Source of the DNA: Camelus dromedarius
Lineage: Eukaryota
Length of the DNA: 64,000 bases
NCBI RefSeq assembly: GCF_036321535.1
Contig: NC_087436.1
Coordinates: forward strand, 10,044,001-10,108,000
Direction of reading: 5' to 3'
The notes under the pieces were generated by a model. That model was given only the letters and a program-made list of their open reading frames with translations, ran no database searches and was not told the DNA's origin. Shown here one piece after another: positions 1-12,616 of this stretch. How positions within the stretch are numbered: the stretch's first letter is position 1; the number at the start of each line of letters is the position of its first letter. Position numbers and translations under genes: made by a program.

Positions 1-429
1 TCTCTCTTGGGTTCTCTTTGGTCCAACTGCCATGAATATTCTGGTTCCCAGGGCTTCCCCTTAACATACAAACAGCCTCCCTTGATTGTCAGCCTAAGTC
101 CAAATCTGTGGAGTTTTGGTCTAAACTGACACCTGAGTTCAATTTGAAATCTTCTCCTACCGTGTTTCACTTCTTGGCATCATTGGTCACAACCCAAGTG
201 GAAACTCCTAATAGCTTCCCTGATTTGTCTATCATTTCTACTGCCTGACATCATTCAAGTACTTCCTAAGGCTCTTCTTGAAATACTCTTTTCACTCTCT
301 AGAAAATATTCCTTTCCAAGAATACCACTGGGATTACCACCAGTAATCATCTCAAGTGGTGGCTGTTCAACCTCTTAGAGTCAATATACCAAATATACTC
401 CAAGACCAAAGAGTGGAATTTTTAGCCTG

Positions 430-1200
430 AGTAAGATTAGAAGCCAGTGGGTTTTGAACAGAGAAGTGATATAACCTGTTAAACGTTTGGGAAAGACTCT
501 GGATGTTGTAAGAATGAAGCAAAAAGAAGCTATTCCAATGATCCAATTTGTTGATAATGGTGGACTAGAATGGCAATGCTGGAGGTGATGAAAAGCAGTG
601 AAACACTGAGTATTTTTCAAAGTAGAGCTATCTGTATTTGATGTTGAATTGGATGAGGATGTAAGAGAAGAGGAGGAATCAAGTATGTCCCCAAGTCTGT
701 GTGCATGTGTGTGTTTGTGTGTGTGTCCATGACTAGCTGGGTGAAAGACAGTGGCATCTACTGGAATGGAGAGGACTGAGGAGGAGGCAGGATTCTTTGG
801 TGGGAGTGTTGGAAAGAAATTCAAAAGTGTCACCTTGGATGCGTAAGTTTGAAATGCCAACTTGACATTTATATAAAGATGTCAAAAAAGCAACTGAATT
901 TTCAAGTCTGAAATGAAAGGGAGGATTGGAGCTGGATACAGACATTTAGGACTTTCTGCTCATAGATGGTATAAAGCCATGAGACTGGGGATGACCAGAT
1001 ATTGAATGAATACATCTAGAGGAGAATAGAAATGTAAGAACTGTACATACTTGTGTCGAGGGGGATGTGATAAATTGAAAAAAGAGACGGAGAGGGAGCT
1101 TTTAGTGAAGTAGGGAAACCAAGGAAGAATAGCATTTTAAGGGCAAGAGAAATAGAGCCTCGAGCCAGAGGAAATAAGTAATGCTGACAGAGAAATATGA
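430..1200 (-). mobile_element. Degraded LINE-2 fragment
   Basis: Antisense L2-like motifs (ggagaggactgaggaggaggcagg...gtttgaaatgcc...ggagctgga...catagatggtataaagccatgagactgg); boundaries approximate. Confidence 0.6.
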
Positions 1201-1487
1201 AGATGGAATGATAGATGTGACAGAAATTTGCAAAAAATATTTCTTTGGATTTGAGGAATCTTCAGTGCAGACAGCTCACTGCTGCATTTAATGGAGGATC
1301 TTTAGAGAGTCCTATCATTGAAGAAAGTCATCTTTGTCCCAGCTACCAAGTGAACCCATGTTAGACAAGAATCTAAGGATAAACGATAGTCAGCAACAAC
1401 CACAAAAAGAGAACATAATTAGAAATAAAGAACATCAGAAATGGAGAAGACCTGAATGAAAACAACTGTAAAGGTTTACTGAGAGAT

Positions 1488-1915
1488 ATGGTGAAGAGGT
1501 CTCCAAAGTTGTCTCTGTCTTATTCCTGAGGCCCATGAAAAAGTGATCTTCCATGGACAGAAGGACCTTGTGAAATGATTGTGTTAAGGACATTGAAATG
1601 GGAAGATGATCCTGAGTGATTCAGGTGGGCCCAGTGTCATGATCAGATCCTGTGAGAGGGAGGCAGAGGGGTCAGAGCTATGGAAGAAGGTATGATGACA
1701 GACGCAGAGGTCAGAGGGAAATGGGGCCACCTAGCAAGGATGCAGGCAGCCTGTAGAAGCTGGAAAAGGGTCATGGCATGGCTTCCTGTAGGCTTACAGA
1801 AGAAACATAGCCTTGCCAGTCCATTTTAGACTTACAACCTCAAGAACTATACATTTCTATTGTTTTAATCCACCATGTCTTGGGGAATGTGTTGCAACAA
1901 TAGAAAATCAATTTA
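1488..1915 (+). mobile_element. MaLR LTR, MLT1D-like
   Basis: gttaaggacattgaaatgggaagatgatcctg...caggtgggcccagtgtcat...aaggatgcaggcagcctgtagaagctggaaaagg; paralog at 55464. Confidence 0.75.
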
Positions 1916-2983
1916 AAAGACTTGAAGGGGAAGAAATCACTTATCATACATACACAGAGAGAAATGTCTATATCCTGGAAGAGTTTCTTGAAGGACTCTC
2001 CATTGGGGAATAAGCCTTGGAATAATCTTAGGGAAGAACATTTTAACTTCACTTTTTATCCTCCTGTGCTATTGGAATCTCTCTTTTTTAAATTAACAAT
2101 ATGCATGTATTACTTTTTATAATTTTGGAGGAACATGCCACAGAGCAGATGAAATTAGGTCAATTCATTTTCAGTCACTGCAGAAGGCAAGTTCTCTCAC
2201 CATTAGTGAGTCAGATCGCCTCTGCCCCTGAGATGGACAAGGAGACTTGAGCAAGAAATATGTGAACAGTTGGTTTGTACTGATGCTCTTAAAAATCATA
2301 ACTTATACCTTGGCATAGAAATAACAGAACACAGAATCACAAGGAAAAAAATACAGCTAAGCTTTTCAAGCTTTTGCCAGATATTCTGCAGCCCAAATAA
2401 TAAGGAATCATCAAATAATAGTGTTCTCTTACACTTAGAAATGGTAATAGCTTTGAAGCAAGTTTCATATGCCTACCTGTTAGCATTTATTAGCCTAGAA
2501 AAAAACTGAACTTGGGGGGAAAAAGACAATGGTATAAATGTTTATGAATAATAGCTTGATGGCTTTGATAGAACTGGCATTTTTGTAGAGACCTGCTGTT
2601 ACTTAGTGGATTGTATTTGCCTGAATGACAAGTGGATGATGTGGGAAAGGGCATAAACGCGGTTGCTTAGCAAGTGGCAGGTTTTGCTTAATGCAAATCA
2701 CTATGATGTAAATCCTTTTTGTAAGGCTTCAACATGCTTATTTTATTTTTAAAAAATGATATTGCTGGCAATGAACAAAGCAATAACAGGGTGTATGACA
2801 AAAAAGAAGGAGCAATCAACAAGGCTTTCCTATTTTCTGGACAATAAAATCATTTATAAAACTGATGTTTGCTTATTCTGACACACAGTTGTTTCTTGCT
2901 TTTTTCAACCATAAACCTTTGCTCATCCACTGTTAGGTTAAATATTGCTGTCCTTTCTCAGAAGGTCACATATATATGACATA

Positions 2984-3445
2984 TGTCCAGTGGGGAAAAA
3001 ACACACACAACATAAGAACTGTGAGTGGAGCTTTTTTTCCAGGGTCTTACTGAGGACTACAGCCCAGGAGACAGCCTCTCAGGTAGCTCTGAGGAACTGC
3101 TCCCAAGAGGCAGGGGAAGTGGCCAGTATATATACGATTTTGTTAGGGAATACATGCAAATGCATCTCAATAGAAGGTCACTGCTAGTCACAAGAAATAA
3201 GTATCGCTTTTAATGATGTTAGTGCTTTTCTGTGTATGAGAAGCTATAAGAATCTGGGTCCATTAAATGTTTCTTTTCCAGAGATACCTTTTAACTATGT
3301 TATGGACTGTTTGTTTCTAAAGCACCGAGTGTCTTATCCTGGTTTTCGTTCTGAATTCCTTTTAGGGTGTACTGTTGGTTGACTGCAATGGCTAATGATT
3401 TTATCCTTGTTGAACTGGATGGTGAGCAACATTCTCTGTTTTACA
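2984..3445 (-). repeat. 3' LTR of the provirus
   Basis: Shares cagggtcttactgaggacta...ctctgaggaactgctcccaagagg with 5601-6046; adjoins the PPT. Confidence 0.88.
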
Positions 3446-3460
3446 ATTTCCCCCTTTTGG
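3446..3460 (-). other. Retroviral polypurine tract
   Basis: Minus strand reads ccAAAAGGGGGAAAT immediately before the TGT of the 3' LTR. Confidence 0.85.
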
Positions 3461-3755
3461 TCACAAATTTGACCAGAGTTTAAGAGGCATATCATGGCCT
3501 TTTAGTCCCAAGACGCTAGGAAAGCTCATTCCTAGCTCAGGTGATGATTTGGTTAATACTGTTGACGTATCAATGTGTTATTACTAGACAAGGCCCTGTT
3601 AATGGCAGCCATAACGTCCCTGGACGACGTGTCTTACTAGTCTCTTGTGGTTCAGAAAACAATTTTCCTTTGTTGCTTTTCCCCGTATCCAGAATTGAAC
3701 GAGTACAATCACTTTAATCTTATACAGAACTATATATTTGATCAATTGCTTCAGG

Positions 3756-3974
3756 TCATTTAGTCATTATTTTTGTCAGAGGCTCAGTTACACATTGGGT
3801 AATACAAGAAACAACAATCTTACAGAATAAGGAGAATACAAGTAAAATAGCTAGTAACATTAATGAAGTCATAAGTAAGAATTTAAGCCAAAAACTTCCA
3901 TTAGGTGGAGTCCAGTATATCCCAGCCAATTCCGTGCCAGTCGCTATCTTTATGTATAGTGCTGCCTTGTTCAT
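3756..3974 (-). pseudogene. Remnant of retroviral Env TM C-terminus (membrane anchor plus tail)
   Basis: 72-aa ORF with hydrophobic WLKFLLMTSLMLLAILLVFSLFCKIVVSC, on the proviral sense strand about 300 bp upstream of the PPT. Confidence 0.55.
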
Positions 3975-5578
3975 AAGGCACCCGGTCTGATTTACTCATG
4001 TTATTAGACGGATTACCTTTAGTATGATTTAATTGTTCCCAACATAAGGGGGCCTTTAAACTTAAGTGACCATTACCTGATGTTACTCATATAAATCCAC
4101 CCAGTAACTGAGGGATGGCCCCGCCTAATAAGCAGGAGGTTATGATTTTTTGACTGAAATTTAGATTGCTGCTTTTATTGGCTTGAGTAATTTTTAAAGA
4201 AAATTCATATTTATGGCAATGGCCAGAGCAAGTATGATTGATTAGCCAAGTGAGGGGGTCTATTTGGTAATATCAATGGTGGCAAACAGAATTATAACTT
4301 CTTTCTTCTAGAATAAATTTCCTACGGACAATCCAATCAGAGCCTTGGAGAGAATAAATTCACCAAGGTATACCAAAATTACTGAACATAGGTAGTCAAC
4401 CATAAACCCAAGTGTCGGATTGATTTTTAAACCCTGCCTAGGACTGTGCCCATGGTAGAAAAACTATTTATATGCAAAAGTCCAAGAAATCAAGAAAACA
4501 CTGTAAAAAGGTCCCTGACCTAGTAGAACACACATCTCAAAGTCACATGGAGAGAAATGCAAAACAAAACAAAACAAACAAACAAAACAGGGGCTTTCAT
4601 TTCCTCAGGGTCAGAATTTTGAAAAGATGTTTTGTCAAATCAGCTTTCTCTAACTGCATATGCGAAAACCGGTTTTGGCTTGTCAAAAGAGCCCCATCTT
4701 GGCCATTTCAGGGCGGTATTTCTTTAGTCTCCAATTAAGTAAGTACTTGGTAAGTATAAGTTTGTATGTACAAAAAGCCAGCTGGTGTATTAGATGGAGG
4801 TTGTTTGGTGCCTGTTTTCTTCTGTTTTGATGGCTTTATTTCCCACTTCCAGGTCAGTCTGGGGATAAAATTACTGTTGAAACCTGTGTGGTGGGCTGCT
4901 GCTCTGTCTGTGAGCTTGCCTCCTCTGGGTGTCCCCCAGGAGTCATTTCAGCTTTTATATGTCTCAGTTTCTCCCTCTGGTGGTCTGAACATGCCATGGG
5001 TGCTCAGAGCACTGGATGGCCAGTCCTTATGTGCGCATCCTCAGATGAGCAGGTTTTTAATTAATGAGTGGGTTTCCCTCCAAGACTGCTAAGCGACATG
5101 AGTACTCACCTCCACCACTCCTGCAAAGGTGCCTGAGAAAGCTGAGGAAGGAGCTGTATTCCCTTAGCTTCAGAGTTGAAAGATTCCATGTAGTATCTTC
5201 ATTTTTAGTCTTACAAACGCCTGTTAAAATAGCCAATTTGAGGAAAGACTTCAGGTCAGCCTTTTATCTAATTACCCAGTCCAAGCCTCCTCAGTGTCTT
5301 TCAACTGAGTAAAATCTCCCAGTGTCTTTCATCTGGGGAATCCAGGTACCTCTTCCTGAACTTAAGTTCAAGGAAAACCTACTCCTCCTAGCAAGGAGTT
5401 TAACAACCACTGGATGAAAAGGAGGATCATTAGCCAAAATGAGAGATGCAAGGCCAGGAGGGACTCACCCCAGTTCACCTGGACTCACCAAGGGGATGGA
5501 TGGGCACAAGGATCCCTTGCTGGTACCAAGGCTCTGGGTCTGCATAGACTTCAGGTGAAGGAGAAACATCTGTTCTGG

Positions 5579-5596
5579 GTCTCTTCATGGTCACTA
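5579..5596 (-). other. Primer-binding site, tRNA-Arg-like (degenerate)
   Basis: Minus strand TAGTGACCATGAAGAGAC, 4 nt after the 5' LTR; 14/18 match to the Arg-type PBS TGGCGACCACGAAGGGAC as recalled. Confidence 0.7.
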
Positions 5597-5600
5597 AAAT

Positions 5601-6046
5601 TGTCGACTGAAAGAAAATGCACAACATAAGAGCTGTGGGTTGAGTTTTATTCAGGGTCTTACTGAGGACTATAGCCTGGGAGATAGCTCTGAGGAACTGC
5701 TCCCAAGAGGTAGGGGAAGCAGCCAGTATATATATGATTTTTCTAGGGAATGCATGCAATCAAACACATCTCAGTACAAGTTACTGCTAGTCACAGGATC
5801 AGCCATCTCAGCTAACGATTTTAGTGCTTTTCTATATATGGGAAGATGTAAGAATCTAGGCTCATTAATTTTTTTCCCAAGATATTTCTAACTGTCTAAG
5901 GGACTGGCTTTTCCAAAGCATGGAGTACCTTGTCCTGAGTTTTGTCCTGAATCTATTTCAGGGTGCACTGTCAGTCAGTGACCGCAGTGGCTAATGACTT
6001 AATTCTTGTAGAGTCACGTGGTGAACAACATTCTTTGTTTTCAACA
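5601..6046 (-). repeat. 5' LTR of the provirus
   Basis: Homologous to 2984-3445; minus-strand AATAAA; followed by the PBS. Confidence 0.88.
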
Positions 6047-7747
6047 CACTTTGCTGTTGTAGCCTCGTGTTTCCCTCTGGTTACCTCACTTTGGCTCCAT
6101 ATAATAAATTACATAGGATGGCATAAGACTTCAATTTTATTGAGGATATTATAAATTTATAGCAATTAATCAGCCTGTATTTTCTAATCATCATTTTTTT
6201 TTTAAATTCTGAAGCCTACCAATGTTTCTCATAAACAAACATAATTTTCTCCTTACACTTTCAAATTAACCTTTTATTCTGGATAAAGACATTTCATGAT
6301 ATTTTATAAAATTGGCCTAAAAGACTAGACATATTTGTTTTTAAATATAGAGAGTTCACTTGAATCAGAAGTTCTGTGTGCTCCCTATTCTTTCACAAAG
6401 TATAAATGTGAAAAAAAAATGCTTTTTGGAAACATAATGAGTTTATCACAACCAAAGAATATCTTCCCTTTTTTTCCTATTGATAGTAATCTTTATATTC
6501 CCAAAAGTTTTCATTTAAACCTAGGAATTTTAAAGGCTATGAAATAGCATTTAAATGTTATTAGACAGTTACAGAACCTAGGAATGTGAATTCAGAGGAT
6601 AAATATTGCATAAAGATAGTGGTTGGGGCCTTAAAATAATGCATTTTCTTTTCTTTCTACAATGTAATTCCAAAGGAAGTAAATAATGAAATTGGTGCTA
6701 TGCTAACTTGGCAGGGACTTTTCCATAATATTTTTTTTCTTTAAGAATTTGGATTTTCAGAAGCAAGCATTTAGCACTTTGCCTGTAATTGACATGCTGC
6801 CAACAGGAAGATTGAAGCTGTGCCTTCGTTACAATCCACTGACTGCACCACCATAACAATTTTACATGTTTCCTACTCAATGATATTAATAAACAAAAGC
6901 ATAAAACCCTGAACAATAGCCAAATATATCATTTTTTCATAAAATAATACTAAAATATGGATGTTTTAAAACACATATGATCAAATTTAATATTTTCCTC
7001 AATACTAACAATCTTTGCTTATATCATATTTAATTTTTCCACACAGAACTCAACCTTACTATTGCAACATTCTGCAAAGGATGATATTGTCTTGTTCTGC
7101 CCACTTTAAACAACACAGGAGTGACTGCAACAGCCTTTGGCATGTCTCCCTGTCTCTGTATTTATGGGATGAGACTCTTCTGCTGTGCAGAGTGTAGTTC
7201 ACTAAGCGTAATTAAATATTAAACAATACAGAGTGGAACTGATACTGGTTAGACTTCTCCACACTAAGCAAATGGCAAGAACTCTAAGACAGATATAATG
7301 ACTTTCATTCTGGCCGACCTTTGTTTTCTGTTTTGTTCTCATTTTGCCTACCTCCTAGTTTCTGGGTGTAATCTACTCTTTTGACAGCTCTCAAAAGAGA
7401 TTGGGAAACTCCAATTTAGCTAGAGAGACGGTGATACCGCGGCCTAGGCACATTCAATCAGCTTTCTGGGACTGAGAGTTCTGTCCTTCAACGTGAAAAG
7501 GAGATAAAAATAAGCCCTTCAATACAGCTCCAAATATGCAATCTTCAGCGAAGCATAACCGCTTCCTCTCTTGAATCACAGAGAAGCTTTGAAGCGACTT
7601 AACAATTATTTTTAACTTAGATCTTTGTCTTGAAGCTTTTATTAAAATGTTGTTTCCAATCTATGATATGTCATTTTATTAAATGCACAATTTTGTCAGG
7701 CCTCAGTCTCTTCATCAAAATTTTAGCCATGTTGATATTTATTGATG

Positions 7748-7876
7748 AGTTCATTCCTGCATTCTACCAACAAGCATTTATGTGATGCCTACTGCACGGA
7801 AAACGTTGTGCTAGGCACTAGGGGTACAGAGGATAAGACTGACCTGATTCCTGCTCTCCTGAAGCTTTTGTTCTAA
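7748..7876 (-). mobile_element. LINE-2 3' end
   Basis: caacaagcatttatg...gcctact...gtgctaggcactaggggtacaga...cctgctctcctgaagctt. Confidence 0.75.
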
Positions 7877-7984
7877 CCATTTACAGACATGGAACCACTC
7901 TGCTTTGCTAGCCCCAGAGATTCTCTCTGCTAGAGACTGCTTGGGCCCCCATGCATCATACGTGTTAAACAGATTCCTCAGTTC

Positions 7985-8990
7985 AGGTGATCATCTCTTT
8001 GCGTGGCTCTGTTACACATGGATTTCAGTTATCATAGTTAACCCCAAAACGCAGTTCAGATTTCATGACTGTGGTATATTTGCGTAATCACATAAAATAC
8101 AGACTTCACTGCCAGCTCTTCAGTCCACAAATCACTATGTAAATGACAGACGTGCATCCTGATTAGTGATCCATCAGTCACATCGCTGCTTTCAGGTCTG
8201 TTGGTGATTAGTTATTGTGCATCTGTGGTTGGTGCTATAGAGCAAAGCATATGGTTTGCATTACTTCCTTAACTCCCAATGATGAACCCACCTGACATTT
8301 TAGAAAAATGGATAATTAAAAGAACAAATTGGCCAATAAAGATGCAAATACAGCAAAGAAATTAAAAAAAAAGATCATGCTGGAAGTGAAATTCACATCA
8401 ATCCTAAATGGATTCATAAGAAGAAATAGTTAATTATGGGAATGTTGACGCTGCCACTGTTGGGAAACTGTAGGTGTGTAGCCGGCGGGACATACCAGGG
8501 TGAACTTATCAATAAATGAGGAAGATGGGGTGAGGAAAATTACCAGTGGAAGTGACACTAACAACAAACTTCACATTAAAGAAACTCTCAGAGATATTTC
8601 ATGACATTGAAAGCACCCAGAATAAAACATTGAAGTGGATGCAAATTTAGAAAGAAGTACGAAAACTATCAAACCATAGAAAAGTGAACACTCACTTCCT
8701 GTCATTATACAACAAAAGTTATACAAGTAAAAGTCTTTGTTTTTCAAACTACTCTTGACAAGTATTTTCAAAATAAATAAAACATGTTAATTCTCCATGT
8801 TTCTAATGTGTTACATTACAGTGTATCAAATAGGTAAAGAAACATTAGTTTAACTACTTTTCATTTTCCAACATATTTATAACCAATGGTAAAAAATAAT
8901 CTATTTGATGTTTTACCAGAAATGTTTAAAGATGACAGAACAATTGTTATTTTTGCCATTAATTTAAAAGAATTCTTTGCATGGGTTCAG
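7985..8990. mobile_element. Tigger DNA transposon relic (Tigger13a-like)
   Basis: atttcagttatcatagttaa...cttcagtccacaaatcactatgtaaat...aaacttcacattaaagaaactctcagagatatttcatgacattgaaagc; subfamily from memory. Confidence 0.65.
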
Positions 8991-9195
8991 CTTGAAGTTT
9001 TTATGCAAAGCAGAGCCTGCTTTTGTGTATTACATCCTGCACTCTTCATAGGACCGATAAAGCATGCGGGGATTGGTCCAAGAATGGTTTAAGTACTGAC
9101 CGTCTAACTCAGAACTTCAATGACTAAGCACCAGCGATGCTTCTCAGCCCTTCTGCAAAGATACTTTCATTGGACAATCTCATCATTTTGGCAGG

Positions 9196-9804
9196 TGTGA
9201 CAAAATATGCCTAAAACATGCAAGGATGTATAGTTTAAATAAATTTTTTTCAGGCAGTGCCTCAGCTCCTGTGTAGATGAAAGCAGCTCTGTTGTCCATT
9301 TCTGTCCCCCTCTAACCTTAAAAGAATCTAGGAATGACATCACTAAGCAATTGAAACTAACTCCTGACTTAGGCTCTCCTGAATGCTCCCCATGCCTTGC
9401 CTAACCTGCTGATTCTCTTCCTGGATAAAATGAAGAATGAAGAATTAAGCAGTTAAAGAATGTTTAACTCTCAATCCACAGTAGTTCCCTTAGCAATCCT
9501 ACAGGCAGATCACAAGAGCAAGATAACATCTGAAGAGAGAGTCAGGCAGTCTGCACACAATGAAAGTGATGCAGACCCCAACCTCCTGCCTCCATGATTC
9601 ACTGAGATTCTCCCCCTGCCCCCTTTTCTTCCTTTAAAACCTGTCATGGCCCAGCAGAATCTTCAGAATTGGTCTCTGGACATGAGTCTACCCTCTCCCC
9701 AGATTGCCAGCTTTTCTGATTAAAGCACCTTTTCTTTCTACTGACACTTGCCTCTTGATTATTGGCTTCTGAGCAGCAAGCAGCTAAACCTGAATTTGGT
9801 AACA
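9196..9804 (+). mobile_element. ERV1-like solo LTR
   Basis: TGTGACA...TTGGTAACA; TTTAAAA TATA-like motif, ATTAAAGC polyA signal; flanks cagg/caga (3/4 TSD). Confidence 0.8.
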
Positions 9805-10940
9805 CAGACACAGCAACCAGTTTTGACTGGCTTATCTCAACAGAGCTGCACACATTTCTAGCCATGATTAAATCCACAGTGGTGAATGCTGCCCAGCTGA
9901 GAGCCTTGCTCCCTAAGAAAAATTAACATAAAAGAAAAAAAATTATTGAAATAACAGAAAGATGTGTTAGAATCCCAGTTATCATTGCAGAAGAGTTCCA
10001 GTAATATTTATTTTGAGAATGGTAGAAAAATACATTAGAGAACATAGGGCAAAAATGATCTCAACTTTTTTAATGAAATATAATTAAATAGAAAATGTTA
10101 TCTCTTAGAAAGAGACAGTCTTTTCATATTTTCTCATGACTTGAATATATATTTGTACCACACTCTGAATGTTTTTTATCTTCTTGGTCACCATTTGAAT
10201 AAAGTTTATTTCTCATTCTCCAATGCCCAACAACTAAAAAAAAAAAAAAAAAGAAAGAAAGAAACACCATCATTTCTTTTCATATCCTTTTTTTGGGCTT
10301 CCCCTTTATAAAATGGAGCAAAAGCAACGTATTTCTTTTCTCTGGCTAGAAGATATTCACATGATTCAACTTTTGACATTTCCAGAGATATACCACTAGT
10401 TGCTGCTTTACTGAAATAGTCACATTTATTTGCTTGATTTTGAATATGTATTTGGATAGGCAGCCTTGAAAAAGATTACATACAAGACAATTTCCAATTG
10501 CAATTGGATGACGGAGGTCACATATTTTAGATTATGAGTTTTGTGGCTCATTGCGATCATTTGAGAGGCTTGGGAATGAGTTGTGCCGATGGATGGTTGC
10601 ATAAATGGATAAACAAGGCTGGGTCAGCTTGGCAAAGCAGCAAATCACCAGGGAACGGATAATAGAAACAGCTTCAGCCATCTAGCTCCTATTAAGCAGT
10701 AGAAAGAGCACAAGACCTTGGGTTCACTTCCCATTTAACATGAGACAAAGTCCTTTTTTATAGTAAATATCCTTTACCTTTCATCATAGATAATAAAACA
10801 TGAATCCAAACATATGAGCTGTCTTTTAGACAATCTTTTAAATGCTAAAAGTCCCCCAGAACTGAAGACTAAAAAGCATTTTGGATTAAACAGTTAAACA
10901 TCAGCTGAAACACATACACATGAAAAGAAAATAATCTGTC

Positions 10941-11160
10941 CACATTTCACATAGATACATAGATGCAAACCAGAGATACAATATTTAGTATAAATGCAGT
11001 AACATAAAAAAGAATGATGCCACTGATCAGATAGAATTTCATCCAAGAACACATGGATAGGTTAATATTAGGAAATAAAATGTATCGAATCTATGTCAAC
11101 AAAAAAAAAAGATCATATTCATGGCTATTAAAAGGCAGCTTTTGATAAAAAAAAAAAAGA
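10941..11160 (+). mobile_element. Short polyA-ended insertion of decayed L1 ORF2 (RT) sequence with TSD
   Basis: Flanked by aaaagaaaataatctgtc (10923-10940) and aaaaggaaataatctgtc (11161-11178); body resembles the L1 RT segment HHDQVGFIPGMQGWFNIRK...KAFDK. Confidence 0.7.
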
Positions 11161-11196
11161 AAAAGGAAATAATCTGTCTAAAATTTGGAGGCACTA

Positions 11197-11252
11197 TGTT
11201 AATTTTTTCCATCAAAATTAAGTTTGTTAATTTTTTCAATCAAAGTTGAGTT
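11197..11252. repeat. 28-bp tandem duplication
   Basis: tgttaattttttccatcaaaattaagtt / tgttaattttttcaatcaaagttgagtt. Confidence 0.8.
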
Positions 11253-11415
11253 AAACTAAAATAAGTAAAAGCCTTTGTTTAGCCAAATTCATAAAATTTT
11301 GAAACTTTCTTCATCAACAACAGCATACAGGTTAAATTAGAGGAGGAACTTCGGGACAAGGGAGAAAGGAGAAGATGTAAACTCTGGTCCTACCTTTGCC
11401 ACTGATTAGAATTCT

Positions 11416-11962
11416 TGAAAATGACACCAAGTCCCCCCAAACTGAAGTTCCCTGCCAAGTTTAAGATTAACCTCTCTATTCAAAACTTTATTTCCTTTCT
11501 TGTCCCCTCTGATCTCAACCCTGTGCTAACTAAACACACGTCAGCCAGGGTCAGGCGAGGACGATGACTATTGTCGATAACATGGTTCGTGTGCTCAAAT
11601 TGCTGCTGGGGATCCCACCACTAATGTACAAACTCAGGCTGTTTCTCAGGACAAGATGAGCTCACAGATCCCTGGGTCATGGACCAACAGACCGGAGACT
11701 CGTAAACCATGGGCATCCTGATTCCTAAAACTACCATTAAGAAATGTCACAGAAATGTCACAAGATGATGATTAACTCCAGCTTCTTCATTCTTCCCCTT
11801 TAAAAACACCCCCAACTCAAAGGCCAAGTGGGAGCAGATCTGAAGCTCTACTCCCGCTTCTCTGCTTGGTGCCCCACAGTAACCCTTACTTTGCTGCAAA
11901 CTCCAGCTGCCAGAGTTAGGTTTTCTGCACCTTGGGCATAGGAGCCCTTTTGATCCATTACA
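11416..11962 (+). mobile_element. ERV1-like solo LTR
   Basis: TGAAAATG...CCATTACA; ccctttaaaaac TATA-like motif, AGTAAA polyA variant. Confidence 0.7.
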
Positions 11963-11984
11963 AAAATGAAAAAAAAAAGGGAAT

Positions 11985-12205
11985 TATCTTCCACTGAAGA
12001 TTTACTCTGTGTCAGACAGTCTGACCCTTTTTTATGCATCTCACTTAGTCCTCTCAATAATTCTGTAAGAAGGGTATTTTTATCTTCATATTAAAACTAT
12101 CAAGTGGAAACCCAGGACTACCCAAAGCAAGCAGCCAGCTAGTAAGGGGCAAACCCCAAATTAAAACTCAGATCTGTTGTGCTCTAAAATCAGTGCCTTT
12201 CCCAA
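11985..12205 (-). mobile_element. MIR
   Basis: atctcacttagtcctctcaataattctgtaag...cagctagtaaggggca. Confidence 0.6.
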
Positions 12206-12228
12206 TAGGATAAATTTCATTCCTTTGC

Positions 12229-12477
12229 TTTTTTTTTTAATATATTTTTATTGAAATATTATCAGTTTACATTGTTGTGTTAATTTCTGGTGTACAGCAC
12301 AATACTTCAGTCATATAGGAACATACATATATTCATTTTCATATTCTTTTTAACCATAAGTTACTACAAGATATTGAACATAGTTCCCTGTGCTATACAG
12401 TATAAACTTATTGTTTATCTATTTTGTATATAGTAGTTAGTACCTGCAAATCTCAAACTCCCAATTTATCCCTTCCT
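12229..12477 (-). mobile_element. L1 3' end (young, 5'-truncated)
   Basis: Poly-T then ttattgaaat...agttccctgtgctatacag; same family as 40718 and 53367. Confidence 0.9.
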
Positions 12478-12616
12478 TTTTCAAATAATCCAAGATACAA
12501 TGGATTCCTTTTTGCCATCAACTAAGTTTCAAATGTCAATCCAGAGTTTCTTTTGGCTTTGAAAGCTCCCAAATCTCATTCATACTTTTCCCACTACATC
12601 ATGCTGCCACCAATAT

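Larger units (their letters stand above)
2984..6046 (-). mobile_element. Internally deleted ERV1-like provirus with two LTRs
   Basis: Direct-repeat LTRs at 2984-3445 and 5601-6046 with TG...CA ends; PPT and PBS in the expected minus-strand positions; internal region only about 2.15 kb. Confidence 0.9.

Noticed and set aside
381..860. 159-aa ORF
   Set aside because: Non-ATG start, lies in a decayed L2 and crosses a (TG)-like repeat; no recognisable intact domain
10198..10265. AATAAA followed by polyA, suggesting a retrocopy tail
   Set aside because: No TSD or recognisable parent sequence found
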